Below, piece by piece: positions 1 through 7,436 of a stretch of DNA of 40,788 nt (the stretch's first letter is position 1; each line of letters starts with the position of its first letter). Source of the DNA: an uncultured Spirochaetota bacterium. Its GTDB lineage: Bacteria > Spirochaetota > B62-G9 > DRHN01. Both the position numbers and the translations under genes were made by a program. The stretch lies in the NCBI GenBank assembly GCA_964347455.1, contig CAYFYU010000019.1, forward strand, positions 3,646 through 44,433, read 5' to 3'. The notes below the pieces were generated by a model. The model ran no database searches. It was given only the letters and a program-made list of their open reading frames with translations, and had not been told where the DNA came from.

Positions 1-50
1 AATTTAATAATTGTCAAGTTCCATTAACACCAAACAGGAAGCTTGACCCA

Positions 51-926
51 ATGAATCATGAATCTGATATTGCTTCGTATCCATATTTCTCAGAATTGAC
101 TTTTGAAATGCGGCCGATTCTCCATCCTCTCTTTCAGAATTTAAAGGAGGGAATTTCCGAGTTTACGTTCGCAAATATTTATCTATTTCGAAAGACCCAT
201 TCCTACAGAATATCTTCTCTCTCATCAGACCAATTCATTATTGCTGGAACAGAAGGAGAAGAGAATTTTTTCATGGCTCCATTTTCGGTACCAGAAAAGA
301 AGATTCTCGAAGTACTTTTCAAGAATTACGGTTCAATGAAGGTTGTAAGCGAGGAGCAGGCCCGGGTGCTCGAAAACATGGGATACGAAGTTGAGGAGGA
401 TCGGGATAATTTCGATTATCTCTACAATACAGCTGAGCTTGCTGCACTGCAGGGGAGAAAGTTTCATCGGAAAAAGAACCTGGCAAATGCCTTTATCCGC
501 AATTTTAACTATAAGGGGAAGCCTCTGTTGGAGGAATATATCGAGGATGCAATCATTATTCTCGAGAAATGGAGGAAACAGAGAAGAGATGATGGAGATT
601 ATGAGGCTGCAAAGGAAGCGCTCCTTCGATCGGAAGAGCTTGTTCTATGTGGAGGAATCTATTATGTTAACGGTGATCCAGCAGGATATACCCTCGGTGA
701 GGAGATTGCCGGAGGTACCACCTATGTAATTCATTTTGAGAAAGCCCTCAGTCAATTCAGAGGATTATATCAATTTATTAATATGAGCTTTGCCACGATT
801 CTTCCAGAAAAGTACGCTTACATAAATCGTGAACAGGATCTCGGCGATGAAGGATTGAGACAGGCGAAAATGAGCTACAGGCCAACCAGTTTTGTGAAGA
901 AATACCGGGTTCATAAAAAGAAATAG
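51..926 (+). CDS. DUF2156-family protein (MprF/LysX C-terminal-like acyltransferase-fold domain)
   Basis: 291-aa ORF; ATG at 51 follows an AGGAA. Segments FTFANIYLFR, GRKFHRKKN and C-terminal REQDLGDEGLRQAKMSYRP match my recollection of the DUF2156 family. Recall-based; no search run. Confidence 0.55.
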   Translation: MNHESDIASYPYFSELTFEMRPILHPLFQNLKEGISEFTFANIYLFRKTHSYRISSLSSDQFIIAGTEGEENFFMAPFSVPEKKILEVLFKNYGSMKVVSEEQARVLENMGYEVEEDRDNFDYLYNTAELAALQGRKFHRKKNLANAFIRNFNYKGKPLLEEYIEDAIIILEKWRKQRRDDGDYEAAKEALLRSEELVLCGGIYYVNGDPAGYTLGEEIAGGTTYVIHFEKALSQFRGLYQFINMSFATILPEKYAYINREQDLGDEGLRQAKMSYRPTSFVKKYRVHKKK

Positions 927-948
927 GCATCTTTTTTATATTCTATAG

Positions 949-2754
949 ATGGGGAATCCAGTGGGTTCGATTATCACACTGCCAAAAGAAGTTTCTATGA
1001 AGATCGCTGCCGGTGAGGTTATTGAAGGTCCCTTTTCAGTGGTAAGAGAGCTCATCGACAATTCCATCGATGCTGGAGCTACAGATATTCGTATAATCAT
1101 TAAAAGTGGCGGCAAAGAATCTATCGCAATATCAGATAATGGCGCAGGTATGTCCGAGGAGGATGCAGTCGTTTCAGTCCTGAAACACACAACCAGCAAG
1201 ATAAAGAGTATAGAGGATTTACATAGCATCACGAGCATGGGTTTTAGAGGAGAGGCCCTTGCCAGTATCTGCACAGTGAGCGATTTTACTCTCATTACGA
1301 AGAGAACTGTTGATCTGCAGGGGACAAAGGTAACTTGTAATGCAGGGGAAGCGCCCCATACCGAACCAGCTGCAGCGAATGCTGGAACGGTTGTTACGGT
1401 TCAAAATCTGTTTCGAAATCTTCCTGCCAGAAAGAAGTTTCTAAGAAGCAACCGGGCAGAAGCAGCAAGGGTCAAGGATGAGATCGTCAAGAAGGCCATA
1501 CATTTTTTCGATAGGGGATTCTTTTATAAGGTTGACGACCGGGTTGTTTACAGTTTAGATAAGGGGACGGATTACCGGCAGAGGCTCGAAGGTATTTTTG
1601 GAAGTAATTTCGGCGAGAATCTCCTTGAGATTCATCACGAGGAATCTTCTTTCTCAATCCAGGGTTATATATCAGGCAGAAACATTTCTCTGCCAAATCG
1701 GAGCGGTCAGTACATATTCATTAACGGGCGGCCTGTTATGGATCGGTCACTGCTGTATGCGCTCAACAGCCCTGCCCGGGGTATCGTTCCTGCGGGCAGA
1801 TTTTTATACGCATTTGTTTTCATTATGATGGAATCTTCTCTGTTGGATGTCAATGTGCATCCTGCAAAAAAGGAGGTGAAGATCAAACCAGCCGATCAGC
1901 TCTATTCCGCACTGTACAGAGCTGTAGAAAACACCCTCAGACAGCGATACTATGATTTTCGTACGGTTACCGGCTTGGGGGGAACCTTAGTGAGTGAAAC
2001 ATCGGAGAATGGAGCGACTGTCCGTGAATCTGCAGGTAGAGATAGAAAAGAAGTGAAAAAACTACAACCTATGGGTATTGACGATGAGGTGACGGGCATG
2101 AGCGGAATCGCCTCTGTGTTTCCTGATGTAATAAGGGGAGAGTCGACACCTGAGCAGAGCAAGCTCTTCGGTCTTACAACCCTTGGGCTTCGGTACAGGG
2201 GAAGTCTATTTCGGACTTTCATCTTCTTCGAAGGAACCGATTTTGCTTTAATTGTTGACCAACATGCTGCCCATGAGAGGGTTCTCTATGAACGATACAG
2301 GAAAGAATCAGAAAAAGCGGGTTTACAAAAGATCCTCCTTATCCCTATCAATTTTACCCCTCCTGCAGACAAATATGGAGATATTTTTGAGGGGAGGGAG
2401 TTTTTTCGCAGGGCTGGGATTGAAATAGAACCCTTTGGTGATGAGAGTTTCAATATCCTATCCCTGCCGGGTTTTATACCTGAGAAGCGGGAAGAAGAGA
2501 CCATTTCAATTCTCTTTGAAGAATACTACGCAGGCAAGATACCGCTGGATGAAGATGCCATTAGAGAGAATTTTATCAAGCTTGCTGCCTGCAGAAGCGC
2601 AATTAAGGAGGGTGAAGTACTGGGCCAGGAGGCGGCGCTGTCTTTACTGAACGATCTTTTAGCTGCGGATGTTCCCTATGTGTGTCCTCATGGGAGACCC
2701 ACCGTGCTTCGATACGGAAGGGGATATTTTGAAAAGCTTTTTAAAAGGAGGTGA
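949..2754 (+). CDS. mutL: DNA mismatch repair protein MutL (endonuclease-type)
   Basis: 601-aa ORF. GHKL ATPase motifs are present: IAAGEVIEGP, ELIDNSIDAG, DNGAGM, GFRGEAL. The C-terminal domain has DQHAAHERVLYE, fitting the DQHA(X)2E(X)4E endonuclease motif, plus ACRSAIK and CPHGRP. An alternative GTG start lies at 961. Confidence 0.93.
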   Translation: MGNPVGSIITLPKEVSMKIAAGEVIEGPFSVVRELIDNSIDAGATDIRIIIKSGGKESIAISDNGAGMSEEDAVVSVLKHTTSKIKSIEDLHSITSMGFRGEALASICTVSDFTLITKRTVDLQGTKVTCNAGEAPHTEPAAANAGTVVTVQNLFRNLPARKKFLRSNRAEAARVKDEIVKKAIHFFDRGFFYKVDDRVVYSLDKGTDYRQRLEGIFGSNFGENLLEIHHEESSFSIQGYISGRNISLPNRSGQYIFINGRPVMDRSLLYALNSPARGIVPAGRFLYAFVFIMMESSLLDVNVHPAKKEVKIKPADQLYSALYRAVENTLRQRYYDFRTVTGLGGTLVSETSENGATVRESAGRDRKEVKKLQPMGIDDEVTGMSGIASVFPDVIRGESTPEQSKLFGLTTLGLRYRGSLFRTFIFFEGTDFALIVDQHAAHERVLYERYRKESEKAGLQKILLIPINFTPPADKYGDIFEGREFFRRAGIEIEPFGDESFNILSLPGFIPEKREEETISILFEEYYAGKIPLDEDAIRENFIKLAACRSAIKEGEVLGQEAALSLLNDLLAADVPYVCPHGRPTVLRYGRGYFEKLFKRR

Positions 2755-2758
2755 GTCC

Positions 2759-3511
2759 GTGGTATCGCGACAGAAGCTTGAAGAATGGCTCAATGAGTAC
2801 CTTTCGGTAAAAACGATATCGGATTCTATCCCCAACGGACTTCAGATTGAAGGCAGGGAAAGCATTGAGAGGATTGTAACGGCGGTGAGTATAAACCTGG
2901 AGGTTATTGAAAAGGCATTGCGGAAGAAAGCCGATGCCATTATCGTGCATCACGGGCTGTTTTGGAAAAGTGACCAAGCGACGGTAAGGGGGTACCGGAA
3001 GGAGAGGTTGAAGCTCATACTGGAAAATAATATCAATCTCTTTAACTACCATCTGCCGCTCGATTTTCATACGGAGATAGGGCATAACAGGGTCATACTG
3101 AGCGCTCTGGGTGCCGATGAGATTGAAAATAGTAGGGAAGAACGGTCGATCGGACTGCGTGGTGTGTTCAATAAGCCTGTTTTATTTAAAGAGCTTGTCC
3201 ATAGAATAAACAGAGTACTCGACACTGAGGCGCGTTACTTTCAGTATGGGAAAGAGCGCATCAGCGTTTTATACGTAGTGAGTGGAGCAGGGAGAAACGA
3301 ACTGGAGGAGATACTTGACCTCAATGTAGATGCATTTTTGACCGGCGATGCGAAGGAGAGCACAAAGTATATTGCAGCAGAGGGTAGAATAAACTATATA
3401 TATGCCGGGCACTACAACACCGAGAAACTGGGCATAATCGAACTTGGTAAAAGAATTGAAAAGGAGTTTCAGGTTGACGTTTCCTTTGTAGATATAGAGA
3501 ACCCCTTATAA
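2759..3511 (+). CDS. NIF3-like dinuclear metal centre protein (YbgI / GTP cyclohydrolase 1 type 2 homologue)
   Basis: The track ORF starts at 2669 inside mutL. An in-frame GTG at 2759 lies 7 nt after AAGGAGG (2745-2751) and just past the mutL stop. IIVHHGLFW, LPLD and C-terminal GHYNTEK...VDIENP are typical of NIF3 proteins. Confidence 0.85.
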   Translation: MVSRQKLEEWLNEYLSVKTISDSIPNGLQIEGRESIERIVTAVSINLEVIEKALRKKADAIIVHHGLFWKSDQATVRGYRKERLKLILENNINLFNYHLPLDFHTEIGHNRVILSALGADEIENSREERSIGLRGVFNKPVLFKELVHRINRVLDTEARYFQYGKERISVLYVVSGAGRNELEEILDLNVDAFLTGDAKESTKYIAAEGRINYIYAGHYNTEKLGIIELGKRIEKEFQVDVSFVDIENPL

Positions 3512-3737
3512 CATCATAAGTGGTTCTCCATTTTTGGACTATTCTTGAATATGGACGCAGTTCCACTGTTTTTCCGGTGATATAACCATCCCATGAATCC
3601 ATTTTTCCCTCCAATGCTAAATTTCGTTTAAAGAGAACTATGTCGAATAAATTTAATGACTCAACTTTAAATCTACACATAGTTAATACTTTACTTTTGC
3701 ATGGTGTATACTCATTATTTCCATTTATAATCTTCAT
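3512..3737 (-). pseudogene. Possible decayed remnant of an SRPBCC / Aha1-domain gene
   Basis: The first 75 codons of the 3321..3737 minus ORF lie in an otherwise empty 272-nt gap. They read EGKMDSWDGYITGKTVELRPYSRIVQKWRTT, resembling the Aha1-domain pattern GGKF...G.(I/V)SG....L.P...IV.KWR. The rest of the ORF is antisense to the genuine NIF3 C-terminus. The N-terminal part looks shortened relative to family members. Confidence 0.3.
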
Positions 3738-3783
3738 GATACTGACCGTGAGAATGTGAATTCCCTATGGACAAGGAAGTAAA

Positions 3784-4392
3784 TTGAAAGAAATTCTAGC
3801 ACCATTTTTGGCATATGTATTTGTTACTACCTTTACTCCCGGACCAAACAACATGACAGCCGCATCAATGGGTATGAATTACGGATACGCTACTGCATTG
3901 AAATGCATTTTAGGAATTGTCTCGGGATTTTTTTGCGTAGCGTTCATCTGTGGTTTATTAACCCAAACGGTAATACTCCTCTTCCCTAAAATTGAAAACA
4001 TTCTCAGGATTGCGGGCACAGGTTATATGGTCTGGCTAGCCTTTACAATATTGACAGCACATAAAATATCTGAAAGTGGAATCAAACCGACTGCTGCCTA
4101 TAGGAGAGGCTTGATATTGCAGTTGCTCAATCCAAAAGGGATAATATATGCTATTACAGTTTTTTCAAATTTCCTCGTTTCGATAATTGATTCGAATATC
4201 GAACTTATCGCGGCATCCATGTTTCTAGCTTTTATTGCATATTTATCAACATCGCTGTGGGCATTGTTCGGTTCGACCATAAAAAACTATCTTCAAAACA
4301 AAAGAATTCGTCTTATTTTTAATGTATCTATGGCTGTACTTCTACTCTATTCTGCGGCCTCTATTGCGGGAGTACAAAAACTATTCACCTAA
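3784..4392 (+). CDS. LysE/RhtB-family amino-acid exporter
   Basis: 202 aa, TTG start after AAGGAAG. It has the N-terminal FTPGPNN motif, LLNPKG, and about six hydrophobic segments typical of LysE-type translocators. Confidence 0.8.
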   Translation: MKEILAPFLAYVFVTTFTPGPNNMTAASMGMNYGYATALKCILGIVSGFFCVAFICGLLTQTVILLFPKIENILRIAGTGYMVWLAFTILTAHKISESGIKPTAAYRRGLILQLLNPKGIIYAITVFSNFLVSIIDSNIELIAASMFLAFIAYLSTSLWALFGSTIKNYLQNKRIRLIFNVSMAVLLLYSAASIAGVQKLFT

Positions 4393-4404
4393 AGTTCGTG
4401 ATTG

Positions 4405-5322
4405 TTAAGCGCCTACGGCCTCTCTTAAGGCGAGTATATTTTCCGGAGGGGTATTATTGAAAAAGGTGCAACCCGGCGCAAGGATAATCCCCCTGCCATT
4501 GACTTCCTCAATGGCCTCTCTTCCTTGTTTTACTATTTCCGCGGGTGAACATTTTACAGCGGCATAATGATCGATACCACCAACAATACATTTATCTGTC
4601 TTTTCTCGTGCCTCTCCTATGGATGGTCCAGCCACCCGATCCTCCCAGCTGATTGCATCGCAGTTGTAATCTTTCAACAGATTAAAGTGAGTATCCTTTT
4701 CACCATGGATATGGAGGATGAGAATTGGGGCATGTCGTAGAGTCTTTAGGATGTGTTTATCCGTCGGTGTTACCATCTCCTTGTACTGTGCCTCATCCAT
4801 CCAGGAGTTTTCACAGCCGAATGCAGCAAAGAAGAAGCCATCTATTCCTGCCTCCTGTATGCACATATCTGCAAAGCGTATGTAGTTTGCTGCAATTGTA
4901 TTCAAACCATTCATTACTGCCTCCCGGTCTTCTTTCAAGTCTTGTAGTATTCTTTGATGAGCAAGCCGGTGACCCACATGAAATGCTGAGAAAATTGTTT
5001 GAATGACCGGTACATCCTTGCCAACAGCATCCTTTATTCGTTTTAAAGCCTCCAACTGCCTCCCGAATGCTCCAATATGGGAATCGAACTCCTCCAAGAG
5101 GTTCCAGACTCTGATTTCAGTAATGAATTCAAAGGGAACTGGCGTGTCGTAGTTTTCGTCATACATTACCTTTACATAATCGGGATCATATCTTTTAAAG
5201 AAATTAAGGGTGAATTGAACAAATTTTTCTATAGTCCGTTCATGCACCGTACTATGCATATATGCGGAGAATGGTGGTCTATCGGTTTCCTGCTTTTTTA
5301 AGGTTGCCAATATTCTTTGCAT
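4405..5322 (-). CDS. Uroporphyrinogen-decarboxylase (URO-D) family protein
   Basis: Start trimmed to ATG at 5322 (MQRILATLKKQETDRPPF). The longer track start would overlap the upstream gene. Length and general sequence pattern fit the URO-D/MtaA-like fold. No H-x-C Zn motif was seen, so the function is open. Confidence 0.65.
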   Translation of the reverse strand: MQRILATLKKQETDRPPFSAYMHSTVHERTIEKFVQFTLNFFKRYDPDYVKVMYDENYDTPVPFEFITEIRVWNLLEEFDSHIGAFGRQLEALKRIKDAVGKDVPVIQTIFSAFHVGHRLAHQRILQDLKEDREAVMNGLNTIAANYIRFADMCIQEAGIDGFFFAAFGCENSWMDEAQYKEMVTPTDKHILKTLRHAPILILHIHGEKDTHFNLLKDYNCDAISWEDRVAGPSIGEAREKTDKCIVGGIDHYAAVKCSPAEIVKQGREAIEEVNGRGIILAPGCTFFNNTPPENILALREAVGA

Positions 5323-5362
5323 CTTCGTCACGGTTCTGAAATACCATACTTTCCGATGCGCA

Positions 5363-6349
5363 TTATCTGCGCACAATAATTTTTAAAACCGGCCAGTCGT
5401 TGTTACCGTCGTAATGAATCGGGTCTTCCTCCTGTTGAACATTTCCGTGTATATCAGTTGCCCTGGAGTTTATCCGATACGTACCTGTTTTATCGAACCG
5501 AAGGGTTGTATTCCAGAAAACCCATACGTAATCTACATCGATTTTTTGTACAATGTCCGCTTCTCTCCAGGTCAGTCCCTGATCTGTGGTAACCTCCACC
5601 TTAGTGATTCGGGTGCCGCCGAATGCAGCACCCATGATTTCGATTCTCCGTTTTGCCTTTATTGTTGTGGTTCTTTTAGGGGTAAAGATGACATTGTCAG
5701 CAGCCATAGGAGGTGAACAGTCCCAACCGCGTACCTCCCAGTAGTCCTTGATCGGAGAATCGATAACCTCCATCTCAGTAACCCATTGGGGTTGTTTCAC
5801 ACCATAGAATCCTGGATTCAGTATTCTGATAGGAAAACCATGTTCAGCCGGCAGCACCTCGCCGTTCATATAGAGCGCTCCGATTACGTTGTTGTTCTTT
5901 ATCTGATCCATTGTGTGAGAGGCAAAGTACCCATCCGCTGCCCTGTATACTACACCTTTGGCTTTTTCACTCAGACCCAGTGCGGTTAAAAAATCATAGA
6001 GCTTGAAACCCTCCCAAATAGCGGTGGAAAGCAACTGGCCATCGGGACTATTGCCTATACATTCCATAGTAAGCGGTAGCTCCACTCTTGGGAGTGCACG
6101 AAGCTCCTCAATCGTGAAACTTCGGGAATTTTTGACAAGCCCTTTGACTTCGAGACGGTACTCATTGGCATCGATTTTCGGAACTTTACCGATTCTGGTA
6201 ATAAAATAATCCTCATTTTTTGTGAAGAAGTCGGGGAATTCACTCCCTAAAACAAGTGCAGGCGATAAAAGCGTCAACGGAGCAGCTAAAGCAATAGCTG
6301 AAGCTGCTGTGGTTTTTCCTAGGTTTTTCAGAAATTCCCTGCGCTTCAT
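5363..6349 (-). CDS. Sulfite-oxidase-family molybdopterin oxidoreductase with TAT signal
   Basis: Start trimmed to ATG at 6349, giving MKRREFLKNLGKTTAASAIALAAP, a twin-arginine signal. The TMECIGNS segment matches the Mo-ligand Cys context (C.GN) of the sulfite oxidase family. A C-terminal beta-rich part is consistent with the Mo-co dimerisation domain. Confidence 0.8.
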   Translation of the reverse strand: MKRREFLKNLGKTTAASAIALAAPLTLLSPALVLGSEFPDFFTKNEDYFITRIGKVPKIDANEYRLEVKGLVKNSRSFTIEELRALPRVELPLTMECIGNSPDGQLLSTAIWEGFKLYDFLTALGLSEKAKGVVYRAADGYFASHTMDQIKNNNVIGALYMNGEVLPAEHGFPIRILNPGFYGVKQPQWVTEMEVIDSPIKDYWEVRGWDCSPPMAADNVIFTPKRTTTIKAKRRIEIMGAAFGGTRITKVEVTTDQGLTWREADIVQKIDVDYVWVFWNTTLRFDKTGTYRINSRATDIHGNVQQEEDPIHYDGNNDWPVLKIIVRR

Positions 6350-6491
6350 GGAATTGTCTTTCTCTATAAAATTTTGCAGTTCAAATAGTGTTTCAAAATT
6401 AGGTTTACCACTGAACATATACATTCTCCCTACTTATTGAAAAATTATATAAAGACTATCAACCTCTGATCTAAGTTTTGCTATTCTTTGT

Positions 6492-6586
6492 ACCTTCCAT
6501 GATGTTTTTTTTCAAGCTCTTTTTGACCTTCCCATGAATTACGTTATGGAACGGTTGCTTCAAGCAACTGAATCTTTATGGAATCG
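6492..6586. repeat. Four copies of a ~11-nt motif in head-to-head arrangement in the divergent control region
   Basis: ACCTTCCATGA (6492-6502) and ACCTTCCCATGA (6526-6537) are followed by the near-reverse-complement TTATGGAACGGT (6544-6555) and TTATGGAATCG (6576-6586). The core is TTCC(C)AT / ATGGAA. Confidence 0.35.
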
Positions 6587-6604
6587 AGAATTAAATGTTT
6601 TCTA

Positions 6605-6633
6605 TTGACTTTTCGTTAAAATAATTCTACTAA
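6605..6633 (+). promoter_or_regulatory. Putative sigma70-type promoter of the arsR-rhodanese gene
   Basis: TTGACT (6605-6610), a 17-nt spacer, then TACTAA (6628-6633). The -10 element overlaps the left arm of the 6624-6659 palindrome. Confidence 0.35.
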
Positions 6634-6659
6634 TCAACTAATAATTAGATTAGTAGAAT
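6624..6659. promoter_or_regulatory. Perfect 12-bp inverted repeat, putative ArsR-type operator
   Basis: ATTCTACTAATC (6624-6635), a 12-nt spacer, then GATTAGTAGAAT (6648-6659). The arms are exact reverse complements. It lies 17 nt upstream of the arsR-rhodanese ATG and overlaps the predicted -10. Confidence 0.5.
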
Positions 6660-6675
6660 AATGTAGGGGATTTTT

Positions 6676-7338
6676 ATGAGGGGAAGAGAATATAAGGATA
6701 CGGTATTTCAACTTTTTGCTATGATTGCACAGGGATTTTGCAGTCCGAAGCGTCTTGAGATCATTGATGTGCTAATACAGGGTGAGCGCGATGTTGAAAC
6801 ACTGTCGAAAGAAGTAAACATGAAAATAGCAAATACTTCAAAACATCTTCAGATATTAAAAAACGTGAGAATAGTGGAGAGCCGCAAGGATGGCGTAAAA
6901 GTATTGTATAGAATTGCGGATGATTCGGTTTTTACCTGTTATAAACATCTCCAGGCGCTCACTGAAAATAGGTTGTATGAACTCAAGGAGATAGTTCGAA
7001 TGTATTATCAGGATCGGGATAAACTTGAGACTATCACAAGAAAAAGTCTGTTGAGCCGCATTAAAAATGGAGATGTTCTCGTGCTCGATGTCAGGCCATT
7101 CGAAGAGTATAAAAGTGGCCATATCACCGAGGCACTTTCATTTCCCCTTTCAGAATTAAGAAGCCGTATTGCTGAGATTCCTAAAAATATGGATGTTGTT
7201 GCGTACTGTCGGGGTCCTTACTGCATCCTAGCGGCAGATGCAGTTACCTTTTTGAGGAAAGCGGGTGTTAAAGCAATTCGGATGAAGGATGGTTTTCCTG
7301 AATGGAAAGATGCTGGACTACCTGTTGAGATTGGTTAG
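6676..7338 (+). CDS. ArsR/SmtB-family transcriptional regulator fused to a rhodanese domain
   Basis: 220 aa; ATG preceded by TAGGGGA. The N-terminal wHTH reads RLEIIDVL...ETLSKEVNMKIANTSKHLQILKNVRIVESRKDG. The C-terminal rhodanese reads LVLDVRPFEEYKSGHI...VVAYCRGPYC, an active-site loop. Confidence 0.85.
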   Translation: MRGREYKDTVFQLFAMIAQGFCSPKRLEIIDVLIQGERDVETLSKEVNMKIANTSKHLQILKNVRIVESRKDGVKVLYRIADDSVFTCYKHLQALTENRLYELKEIVRMYYQDRDKLETITRKSLLSRIKNGDVLVLDVRPFEEYKSGHITEALSFPLSELRSRIAEIPKNMDVVAYCRGPYCILAADAVTFLRKAGVKAIRMKDGFPEWKDAGLPVEIG

Positions 7339-7371
7339 GAAACACCAATTTATAATTTGATCAGGTGCTAT

Positions 7372-7400
7372 TTGGAGGGGGTGATAGTAATGCTTATAAT
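7372..7400 (+). promoter_or_regulatory. Putative internal promoter ahead of the cysteine desulfurase gene
   Basis: TTGGAG (7372-7377), a 17-nt spacer, then consensus TATAAT (7395-7400), 36 nt upstream of the ATG at 7437. Confidence 0.3.
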
Positions 7401-7436
7401 CTTGCCATTTTTACCTTTTTATAGGGGAAGAATTTT

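Noticed and set aside
936-1295. 119-aa minus-strand ORF, plus other 60-130-aa ORFs nested in mutL, the NIF3-like gene, capA, the nucleotidyltransferase 37625-38386 and others
   Set aside because: All lie inside or antisense to genes with strong family signatures, and none shows motifs of its own.
2669-2758. Long N-terminal extensions in the ORF track: 2669, 5376, 6424, 11909, 17260, 33581, 38533
   Set aside because: The extensions overlap upstream genes or precede conserved N-termini, signal peptides or paralog start points. Internal starts fit better in each case.
6350-6490. Search for a sigma-54 (-24 GG / -12 GC) promoter upstream of the Mo-enzyme gene to go with the upstream motif array
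   Set aside because: No TGGCAC-N5-TTGC-like element with correct GG-to-GC spacing was found on the minus strand.
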